Assembly (NCBI GenBank): GCA_051362555.1
Contig: CM120649.1
Span: 9,362,001 to 9,426,000 of the forward strand
Length of the DNA: 64,000 bases
DNA from: Lingula anatina
Taxonomy: Eukaryota > Animalia > Brachiopoda
Direction: 5' to 3'
Shown: positions 48,401 to 60,400 of the stretch, piece after piece
Layout: each line of letters begins with the position of its first letter
Numbering within the stretch: position 1 is the stretch's first letter
Translations under genes and position numbers: made by a program
Notes under the pieces: model-generated
Told to the model about the DNA's origin: nothing
What the model saw: only the letters and a program-made list of their open reading frames with translations
Database searches by the model: none

Positions 48401-51400
48401 ACTAGTTCAAACTGGATGTGTGCGTTTCAGCATCGATTTCAGGTTAGTTGCAATTAAATGTGAATAAAATATGTAACCTTTAACGGTTTTTAGATTGAAT
48501 TATTTCATAGTTTGGCATAGGTATCGAGAAGCGCCATTTTTTTCAAGATTTTTTGTTGAATGTTGGATTAGGGAACCGTGTGACCACACTAGAGAGTGTG
48601 CAAACTATTCCCGTCAAAATCATAAACTTTGGATGATATTTTAACTCATATCTAAAAATGAAAAAAATTCAGGCTTGCAACTTTTTTTCTCGCAATATAG
48701 TCCCACCTCCTACGAGAGTCATTTTGGGATCGATTTTTTTTCATAAATTCAAAATCGTGAACTTAATTCATTTAAATTTGTGGATGTTTCAGTAATCCTT
48801 TGAAATCATGAGTAAGAGCATAAACTTTTCTTATCATCTTTACAAAATCACAACTCAAAATGCCCTGGTTTGTTTTTAAAAGGATTTTATTTGCAAGGTA
48901 CGGTTTTTCACGTCAGCCATCGCAGATGTCCAGAAACGGCGCTACTTCGTGGCGCGGACTCACTGAAAAGTTTCAAATAACCGCCATGACGTTACGTTTT
49001 TCAGCCAGTTGCCATATGACTGAGTATAAGTAACTAAATTTCTCAGCTTGCCAATGCAGCTCACTGATTATATAATGTTGGAATCTCCGGGGAGCACTAA
49101 AAGGCTGATTTCTCCGCTTCAGTTTATGGCTTCAAGACAACGATTTAGACCAGTGTCAAAATTAATTAGAACTCTCAACCGATGAAAGCTGGCATTCATT
49201 CATTAGATCTAAGGTTTGTCTGAAATCGTGTGTCTGGGATTTCATAACATCAGCTCTGTTTTCAACTTACACGTGCTTTAGCTAGGCTAGGGGGTCTCGT
49301 TGAACTGGAAACCAGGTTTATTTTGATATCTCTGCTAATTTAACAGATATCGCTAATTTGAGGCGCATTCTTGTTGATCCCAGTGAGGGCTCACAAGTCA
49401 AGCTGTCTACACATGTCCATTTGTAGTGGACTTCTAGTTTTTAAGGTGTAAAGATCATGTTGAGCACACCTATTAAACATTATATCTCATTACATAACGA
49501 TTACATAATAAAATAAGGATATGATATGAAGAGCTGTTGAAATAAGCTTTCTATTGATATGTAACATGTTGGTATATCTTGGGCGGTTTAGAAGATAGCT
49601 ACCCCTGTTAATTACATCCTTAATCAGTCAGGTAATGTAGTTACATTGAAGGCGGGTCTTATTAATCAGTCAGGTAATGTAGTTACATTGAAGGCGGGTC
49701 TTATTAATCAGTCAGGTAATGTAGTTACATTGAAGGCGGGTCTTATTAATCAGTCAGGTAATGTAGTTACACTGAAGGGAGATCTTATTGATCAGTCAGA
49801 TGATGTGATCATGTTGAAGAGGGGAGGTCTTATTGATCAGTCAGGACTCAAGAACTCAAAAGCACTGCAAATTGCAACTGCATGCAAGCATAGCAATGGC
49901 TTGCTACATGCGATGATGATTGCACCCACCTGCTAACTTGATGCCTTAGCAAACACAACGCAATATTTGCTCGTCTGGAAGTACACTTATAACCTTGAAC
50001 CCTACTATAGTTGGAACGCCACATGAAGTGAAGACTTATGTTCACAATCACACATAATGTAATTTTATTTGATTATGTAGCTAGTCAAGAGAATATTTTA
50101 ATTTACAGGAATATCACAATTACAAATACTGATATTTGAAGTGTTTAACAACAATATAATGTCAAAAAACAATTCAATAAGGTATTACTATGGACTGATA
50201 CTATTACTGATACATCGGTTAGTTGCGCTCAGTCTCAAAATAACACATTGTAGAAGGTCTACACAGATGCAGTGTTCCTGTAATTTATGCATCGTTTCAT
50301 AAATGGATGGAAATATTAGCATGGCTATGCGTCCCAGCTGGCTATGCAGAAAATTTTTTAGTTATGAAGGCAAAATTAATGACACGGATATTCTGAAAAG
50401 TTGGGCTTGTGAGTCCGTGTCTTATCTGATAGTACAAACCAATATAATTCAGGATGAAGCACCAATTGTTTTCGATTTTGTCACTTCAAAAGTAGACCTT
50501 GCTCTCGGTTTGTTTTAGAGAATTCCCACCCTGCCGAATCAAGGTTAATCAATGTGAAACCTGTGGTTTGGGTATCTAGTAACTTGGTTTATACAACCAT
50601 GGCCGTGGAAGCAAGTGGTCCATGTGTGAGGAAGCAAAGCAGATCATTCATCCCTGCAACTTTTGAAGTAAAATGTTTTGTCTGCTGGGCAGGAAAATCC
50701 AAAAACACTTTTACAAGTGGCTGTTTAGATTTCGAGCACAGTAGTCTTACGAGGCTATTAGTAATCGTAGCAGCACCTGATGCCATGATTATTTTAGTTT
50801 ATTTAAACATCAAGTCATGGTAGAGCATCAGACAACTACACTGAACAAAAATATAAACGCACGAAAGAATATGTTGATTTATTTTCATGTATGGAACTAG
50901 AGTATATGGCCAACATTAACAGCATATTTTCCTCAAATAGACATCACTTTGAGAGCATTACAGGAAGTTTAAATGCATAGGCCAAGAGTTAGGGCATCAA
51001 CTACACCATGGGGGTCAACATCCTGATTTCACATCAGACACTAATAACAAGTATGGCCAACATCAGCTTCACACAGAGCAGTACACTGGCACTGCATGGG
51101 CATCACTAAGTTGTCAATAGTGGCCTGAGGGACATTATCCCATTCCTTCTGGAGTGCTACTTGCAGTTGGAGAACATTTTCGGGAGCTGGAACATGATGG
51201 CAAAAAAGCTGACCCAGAACATCCGTCAGGTGTTCGATGGGCAACATATCGGGTGTGGTAACACATGGTCGGCGGATATGTGGGCGGTTCCTAATGCTAC
51301 CAGTGTCTCTGAAGCATGTTCTCAGACGGCTGACAGTGGATTGATGCACATTCAGGCATGCTGCAACATCTGTTACCAACAAGCCAGCATTGAGCAATGC

Positions 51401-54400
51401 CGATGGCACGCTCCCTCATGATTTAAGACATCTGTGGCATGTTGACAAGTGACAGAAATGCACATTTTGGTGTGTCCTTTTATTGCCTAGACTGTAAGGA
51501 GTGTCTGTGTATTGGTCATGCAGATTGACCTTCACTCGGTCGTGCTCCATTAGTCTTATGGGTGGAAAAACTAAACCTTTAAGTATACTCACGGGGAGCA
51601 TCCAAGTGAAGCCAGACCACCATACTTGATCAATACAATTCCATCAATTCACAAATAAACCGTCAACTTCGGCATATTTCATAATTATCCATTTTAACTG
51701 ACCATTTTAGTTTCGTGCGTTTATGTTTTTGTTCAGTATCTTAGCAACTTTTTCACCAGTAAAAATAATGGTGAGAAACTGCAGTGAGTTCAGCTTTGCT
51801 GAGTACCACTGCCTGTTCAGACATAAAACTTAATGGTTTGGATATTTGCTGTTTTGCATTGAAAGAATTCATGTGACTGTCATTCCTTCTGATAACATAT
51901 AAAATTGTCTCTTTATATATGTAATTTTATTATCATTTTACTGAATAAGCTAGATTAGAAAAATCAGCATTTAAGTTTGAAAATAAAATGTTGTTAATTT
52001 CCAAATAGCTAACTTACAGTTTTTTTTTTTTTTTTTTCCGGGGAGGGGGTGCAAGTTTCTAAATAGGTCACATTAAAAATTTGACTAAAATGGCTGACAT
52101 GTGGCAGGTAAAGTTGTCTAGAGAACTAACTGCCATATATTAGGTAGTCTGGAGAACTAACTGCCATGTATTAGGTAAAATTGTCTGGAGAACTAACTGC
52201 CATGTATTAGGTAAAGTTGTCTGGGACAGTGAGTGCTGTTTTTATTGCAGGCACAATGAGTGGCGGTGGAGGGCGTGTCAGTAAAGGCAGGATGGGCTCT
52301 GCACTGGTTGCAGACATAGAGCCAAGACAGCTGCAGGAGATGGAACGGGAGCTGGAGCAGGTAAACACAGCTGAACAACATGGAGAATTTCTCTCCCTCT
52401 CTGTAGTTATAAAGCTGTAGTCATATCTTCCTGTTCTTGTACAGTTATAAAGCTTTTGTCATGTTTTCCTGTTACGGTAATGTGCCAAGCATTTTGACCA
52501 GTCCAATCAATCCGACCAAAAAATTATATTATAAAATTAATTTTTCTGGGCTCAAACGTTTAGTCCATATGTCAAAATCATGCGACAGAATTTTTTTCTT
52601 GTTCCGATTGTTTGACCACATCGTCAGCACATTCAAGCCAGTGAAATGGACGCTGCATGCTTTGGCCCTTTGTCAATTGTTGTTCTTTCAATAGCTCTCA
52701 TCAATGAGGAAGAAACAATTAATTGAAAATCTAATCTGGAAGCGAGATGAACCTGTAATTTCCTTTGTCACCGATGACAATAATAATGCTTATAGACATA
52801 CAATTTGTGCTAATTTAGCAGACTTGCCCTCGCTGACTAATTCGTCACGCCTTGTAACTCGGGTGGGGGGCATTTTGAAGAATTAAAAAAAGGTCTGTTC
52901 TGGATGAAACCAAATATCGATAGTGGGTAAGATATGTCGTAAACACCTTCATATAGACCATGTATAGCGTTTGCTAGCAACAAAAGTTTGGGAAGAATAA
53001 ACAATTTATTTTCAAGTTCAATTGAAATATATATGCAGATGGAGAAATGTTCTTGAAGTCAATACCGCAAGATCCTACATTTACTACAACTGACCGAAAG
53101 ATCAGTGGGATCGACCGGCCAGACTTCCTGGCGCCAAATACCATGCCCTGTCAAAATCTGATGAATACGTAGCTATACACCTACATGGATAACTGATATG
53201 TCAACAATAAAAATGACGTCTTCCTTATCTGTAAGAAAATACAGTAACTTACATGGCAGTAAAAAGCAGATCTTCACTGAGAGTCCCACTGGGTATTTAC
53301 GTTACATGTGAGTCACTTTTTATTTCCCCAGATGCATGAAACGTTGATATTATTTCGGTAATCTGTGAAGAACTCCATTCCTGTGACCTTCCTCCCCCAC
53401 AATGGGACTGTCTTCATTAACATGTGGTTTGCGCTAGGTATATGCTGGAGCAGACCAGATAAGACCAGTCTCTCATTTCTTGCTTTGCCCAATTCTCACG
53501 TCAAATTGTAAATGCATCTGTTTTGTGAAAATTATGGCAATTAAATGCTTATTTTTTGTTTGGGTTGTATCAGTGGGGTTTTCAATATGCTTATGCACAG
53601 CGAGTGTATATAAATATATGTAAGAAAATCGGAGGAGTGCCAACAAGATATGTCTATTGGCACAGGTATGCTCCGTAGATCAGTATGTTTTAATATGACA
53701 TGATTTTTAAATTAAATACTTAAAATTAATTTAAAGTTACACTGAATTCCGTTTGAGTACCAGTTGGTATTCTTTGATAGGGGCGATTGAATTTTCTTCG
53801 GAAATACGTACTTTCATGCCGAGCAAGCCTTGTGAGTTGAAAACAACTGATGTCAGACTGGCAAATATTATCTCAATTCGGTTGATTTCAGTTGGCATAT
53901 TAAAGTTCAAATAGGGTGTACGTAGATCACATAACTGGTTTAAGTCCACATAAGCCACCGGTTTCAAATATAAGTGACCGGGCATTGTTTACAATACCTG
54001 TCTCCGAGGAAAAACTCGTCCCACCTGTGAAGCGCATCATGAAAATGATCGTAGGTGAGGGAAATAAATAGAAAGAAATTATGAATTGTCGTCTGTTTGA
54101 ATCTCAAGTAATGTTAGCGCATGTTGTACACAGCAAAATAAGATTTCAAAAGGAGAATAAAACATGCTTGAAACAGGTGTTAGGTGAAAATTGCAGCTTA
54201 TCTTGCGTGACACTTCAGGTAAAATGCAATACTTCTGGTAAGATGGACGTTTTGGCAGATGCCCTAAACAATCCGAGGATATCAAAGGTTTCCATTGCTA
54301 TATTTTAGTCAATTCGACCAAAATGACATTTCCATGAAATTAATTAATCTTGGTCCAATTGTTTGGCAAATTACCGTATTTTAAAGTTATAAAGCTGTTG

Positions 54401-57400
54401 TCATGTCTTCCTATTATTGTAAAGTTATAAAGCTGTTGTAGTTTCTTTATATGAAAATAATATTGCATGCAGAGAAATGAACATGCACTTCTCTGTCCTA
54501 GACCTGTGCTGCGGCTGAAGACAGCCGGGTGACCAGAGACCGACTGGAGGAGTCTGTTTTGCAGATGGAGAAAGATCTTAAACAGATGAAACTGAATGTT
54601 GAGAAATTCAGGATGGAAGTGAAGGTAGAATCAGTGTGAAATATTTACTTTACAGTAACATCTCATGTGTACTGAACATGTGGTAATTACTATATAACAA
54701 GATATAAAGATGATGCTTTTCACAATTGACTAAATATCCTTTGGGGATACCAGCTGTTTACATAGGTCAATCAAACTCTGTGGGGAATCTTCCAGAGTGC
54801 AGTAAGCTTAACTGAATGATGTGCCTCCTCCTGGCATTGAAAAGAATACAGTATACCTGGTGTTAATACAATACACTGGAAACAAGAGGAGGTGTGTTAA
54901 GCTAATTTCATCAGTGAGAATTTCCATAGAGTTGGGTTGATCTATGTGGGCTTCTGGTGTCTATGGGAATGAGACCTTAGAAATATTATATTGATGATAT
55001 AATAAAGAACATTCATTTTAAATGTAATTGAGTGATGGCTTTTACATTAAAGACAGTCCAAAGCCCAAAAATCCTTCAGTTATGTCATTTTGTTTTTATA
55101 GTCCCTGACAGAGCGAGAAGTTAGCCTTAAAGATCAGATAATTGCGCAGAAAGAAAGAGTAAAGGCAGCCGCTCCAGATGCCAAGCAGCTGAAGGCGATG
55201 GAGACTAGTGTGTCTGCATATAAAACAGGTAGTTTTTATACACAGGAGGGGAATATTTTGTCTAAGTTGGGAAAGATGGAAATATATATAGAAATAAGAC
55301 AGTATTTTTTATTTCAATTGAAGTCTAATTAGATATTGAGTTTAAGTGCAGTGCCCTACAAATGATGCCGTATCTTCATTTTGGGGAGAAAAATACTGCT
55401 GTTGGTTTTGAAATTTTTCTCCAGCACCAAGTCAGCTATCAAACTTATCTAAATGGTAATATAAAGCTGGGTGAAAGTGCTACAAAAGGCTGTAACAATT
55501 TTTCTTACATGACTGAAAATGGTTTACCACTTAGTTATTTTTTTCTTTATTTACTAGCAAAGGGAACTTGCTCTCACAGCAATGTATGAAAAAAAATGCA
55601 TTGAGTAAAAATGTATCCTTTATGCAACAAATCTAGTTAAATATGGGTGGTCCCATCATCAAACTTTGCTGAAAGATCAAGAACAAAGAAAGCTGCTTCA
55701 GACTGAGGCAATTAATCAATGACTTTAACATGGGACATTTTGCTTATCTTTTCTTACATTTTATATCTGAGGATATTTTAATGTAAATTCACAAGTTGTT
55801 GCAAGAATTGCCTAAGCTGTCAATTTGTTATGAATGAGTCTTCAGTTTATTTTGGTAGCTATCAGCATTTCTTTAGATTTTAGATGGAGCATGCTTGGAA
55901 TCTTGTCAAGTTCATATATATTTATATTTATTATTTTTTGTTTCCTGTCTTTCAGACTATGAAAAAGCTGCCTATTTTGCTTCCAAGGTGGAGATGGAGG
56001 TCCAAAGGTATGAGCAGCATTTGGGTCTATTCATTCTCTCTCTCTTCTCTCTTGTCCCTCACAAGGTGACTTAATTGGTCATTTGTCCTCTAGCTATATT
56101 TAGAACATACCTTGGCAAGATCTTTTTATCTCCTTACAAATGTATCCACATTTTTGCAATCTATACAATGTGGGGCTACAAGCTAGGACCATGTGACACA
56201 CCTTACTAGTTAAGCACAGCTCTGGCAAAATTATGTCTTCAGCAGACTAGAATTTTATTGTGGATGTGCTGTGTTTGTGTCCAGGTTACATCAGGATATC
56301 ATGGAGTATGGAGGAGAGGAGCTGAAGGCGCTAGACACCAAGCTGAAGAAGGTAAAGGGAGACATGGACAAGGCAACTGGAGCCATCACCAAGGCAAATG
56401 TGGCACTGAAAAATTCAGACAGGTAAACTGAACTCAACATAAGGAATTTTACAGATGATAAAACTCTTAATAGTAGCCTGTGTACAATTTTTGCACAGAA
56501 AAAAACTTTTTCCTGAGGTACGCAATATTTTTTCTCCAACCAACCAATATTTTACCTTTCTTGACACTCCTTAAGTGGCAATAATAAAGATTCCTTCACC
56601 TGCCCTTGAGTTTTTCAATTCAGCTGTCCTTTTGAGCACATTTATTTGTATTGGCTTTAGGGTTTTGTGTGATTCAAAACTGTCAAGCGTGTAATCACAA
56701 ATTCATGTTTTCATTGTAATTTTCATCATCAGCATCACCATTTCAAGGTCTTGGTTTAATTTGGCTCTGAACTTTGCCACAAGCTCCTTGCTTGTAGGAC
56801 CTGTCATCTAAATTGAATTATAGTGGGATATATAGAATAAAGTAGTTCCTAAGTATTATCTCCCAGCAATCTTTAATTTGGAGCTGGAGTAATGCTAAAT
56901 TATGTTTTCAAAGCAATTTTTATGTACAGACACATGTGTCTGTACATATTGCCATCACCTGCGTCTGTCGTTGCCGTGCACTTTCATTGTAAACACGATA
57001 AGTGGAAGGCAGTTTTACTTTTTGGCTTTATTCTTACAGAGCTGATGAATATTCATAAAACGCAGGTCAAGTTCGAAAATCAGCATGATCAGGCCATTAT
57101 TGTAGAAGTTATGCTGTTTTTTCACTTTTCAGCATATATGCAACCCTGCATAACACTGTAAACACAGGCCGATAGGCCTGTTGTCATGAAACTCACAGGA
57201 GTAATCTATCTTACTAAAACACAGGTCAAGTTCGAAAATCAGCATGGTTGGGCCACTATTTTAGTAGTTATGCTTTTTTTTTTTTTTCACTTTTCAGCAT
57301 ATATACAATATTTTAAACACAATATAAGAAAAACAGATAGGCCAATTGTCATTAAACTCACAGGAGTGGTCAATCCTGCTAAAACGCAGGTTGAGTTCAA

Positions 57401-60400
57401 AAATCAGCATAATCGGGCCATTATTTTAGAAGTTATGCTGTTTTTTCACATTTCCTCAGATTCAATTCTTAGGCATGTTAACAGTTTCATTATTTAATTA
57501 ATAAGATACGTAAAAGTGTTTGTTTGACATTTCCTGCATCTTTACAACATTGTTAGTTGATTTTGTAAAAATGATGGTAAACTTGTTATCGTGTATTGTG
57601 TAATAAAGTTTCAAAAATGGAAATAAACTCATTGCAGTTTGTCAGATTCAATCATTCCTTATGTTCAGAATCTCAGAATGGAAGAAATTGGACATTTAAC
57701 ACTGCTCTATTGATATTTTTCCCATGTCATCAATTTTTTTAGTTGATCATATAAAAATGGCAGTAAACTGTTAATTTTGTTTTATGTTAAAAATTGTAAA
57801 AAATGGGGAAAAAAACATTTCAGAACAGTGCTGTCTTGTTTATTATTGCATCAAAATGGACAAAATGACCTATTTTGCATTTTTTTTTTCTGCTTTTTGT
57901 CTGTACATTTGACAGCTTTGCTGCCTTGTTCTAACACTGGTGGATTATAGCAGCTTCTCTTACAAGGACAAAAATCCTATCACCTGTTAATTTGAAAAAT
58001 GTTCCTAATTTGAGTCTTGTTTATCAGGAATATGAAGAAATGTGAGGCCAAACTCAAGTCTGTTGAAGAGGAGATTGAGGAGAACAAACACAGCATTGCT
58101 AACATGGAGCAGATGTTTAAGGCCATAGAAGAGGAGGCCACACAGGTCATGACACAGTTTGATGACATGAAGGTAGGGTTCATTGCAATATCACTGGGGC
58201 TCTGGTCAGTTCAGTGCCTTTGTCAGTGTGCAATGACATGACAAAAACATTCGAGCTGGCCACAAGAATGGGTAAAAATATTTGGAATGCACACAGAGTT
58301 TTTAGAATGTTTTTAGAATGCTCTTCGAATATCCTGGAATGCACAAAGAATTGTATTTCAGATGCCATTCTTAATCATTCCGCCTCTAGGGTGACGTGGA
58401 TTTTATATCCCACCAGAATGTTTCGAATGTGCCTCGGATGAGCTGAAATATTAATGTTGCCAGCAATCGAACTACACTAGTATATTCTAAATATTCGAAC
58501 TGCTTTTGAGAGCTAATACAGTCAAAAGTGCACTCATCATTCAAGCGCATTCTGAGTATTCCAACGGTACTTTTACAATAATTAAGGTCAATTTGAAATT
58601 TTTCCCCTAATGTGGTGCGAACTTTAAAAATTCTTCGTTCAGGCTCATTTTTCTTCATTCCTGCTGATTCAGAATAAGTGTGACGGGGGTATAACCTGTT
58701 GCTAAGTTATTGCAAGTTTGCTCCATAGTTCTCTTTTTACTCACCGTACTCTCCAAAGAGTCTACTGGAAAGGGAACTCTTGCATTAAAAGTGTCATGAA
58801 TGTCCTAACTTTAATGTTTGGTGGTTGGAAACGCATAGGAACATCTGCATTGTGGTCATCTTAAAGGTTCTCCACCACCCCTCTCCACAGTTCTTGCCAC
58901 AGTAAGATGGAACCTTTCGTAAATTGCATCATGACTCATGTATTCTGATAGATTCTGACTCTAATGAACTGGTTTGGTGGCTGTTGCTCTCTGCCCAGAC
59001 GGATAGCAAGAAAGGTATCTGCCATATTGCATACAAAGACGACAGAAACAATAATTAAGCAACCTTTTATTTGTTAAAAGGGTTTGTGATTGGTCTGACC
59101 CTCTCATTAAATATCCATGGTAACAACCAAACAATGCCAAATGTGAGAACTAGTGATAACTTCTTGAAACAATTCTAAATGCTAACGAGAGGCTAACGAA
59201 CCATTGCTTACTAATGAGAGCCTCGTGAAACGGGCCCCTGGTCTGCTTAGCACCTTGGCAGTGTTTTCCACCATTGTATTGTATTATAGGTGGAGGAGGT
59301 TGTATTGTGGTGTTAGACCTAGCAAAACTAGGGGGCATGCTCCCCCAGGAATTTTTTACTGAAAGGATGCAGTTTCCTGCATTTGTGCAGTTTTATGTAC
59401 GTGTTGAATTTACACACAACAGACAAAAAAAAAAAAAAAAAAATACAAGTTGAAATGGCATTTATGACAAATAATATACACATTTCAGTGTTCTCCACAA
59501 CCTGTTTTTAGGTGGTGCAGTGCCACCTTATTTCGTCAATTAGAAATAAAGTACATAATCGTAACAAGCACAAGCAGAGACGGCACTTACTAGAACACTT
59601 TACTGTACCGTTCATCTTCCCGTAAAGCAAATTTATTACTGCTAAAACAATAATCAAAGGGAATGATTCCCATTTTTCCAAAAGTGAAAAACTACTATAT
59701 GAAAATTTCAAAGATATCTGCTGACTGCTATGGACTATAACTACAATAGTACCTCAAAATGTAGATGTTAGCACGGCGTCGAAGCAGAGCTCGTCGACTT
59801 CCGTTTTTAATCGTGCGGGGATTCACCTTCAACAGACAAAATCACAGATACGTCCAAAACAACTGGTGAGATAAAGGCTTTGGAACCAGTAGCCAAATGT
59901 CGAAGGGACATTTATGCTCTTCGTTTATGTAAGTAAGCGTGGCTTTGGCATTAACCAGGGGAAGAAAGGTAAGTTTACTACACGATCTGTGGTTATAAAA
60001 TTTCATATATTTCTTCGTATCTTGTCATTACTGTCAGAAATCTATACACAGGTAGAAGATAACATTAAAACGATAATTTTTGTAGTAATTGATGTTGTGT
60101 TTAATTCAGTATTTCTGTCGTAATGCTGATAGAAATGTGTGATGAAAAACGTGGTGTAATCACGTAGACATTTTTATCTAGATTTAGTTTTAGTCATGTG
60201 CTCTTGTTTGTGACAAGTAGTCATGCTTTGTGAAGCTTTGCAATAGGCTGAATCTGCCACTTGTTCTTATTAGTCCTGCCTTTATACCTTTTAGGGCGCT
60301 GGCAATCAGGTACACACAGTATGATGTAATAACTCTGTACATCGTCAAATGTGAGCACTGACATAATCCCCAGGTGTGATCTGTGATTGATATTTTAGAA

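Larger units (their letters stand above)
45281..49845 (+). repeat. 42-bp tandem copies of the exon 14 3' end plus donor (45281-45490 and 49620-49845), split by a Kolobok-like insertion
   Basis: Unit CAGTCAGGTAATGTAGTTACATTGAAGGCGGGTCTTATTAAT versus exon GTGGTTACACTGAAGGGGGATCTCATTGACCAGTCAG|GTAAT. Confidence 0.93.

Noticed and set aside
49646-49936. Repetitive SMC-like ORF as an extra exon or paralogue
   Set aside because: It is the translation of the 42-bp junction-derived array. Exon 14 splices to exon 15 in phase and gives the conserved QSGTMSGGG.
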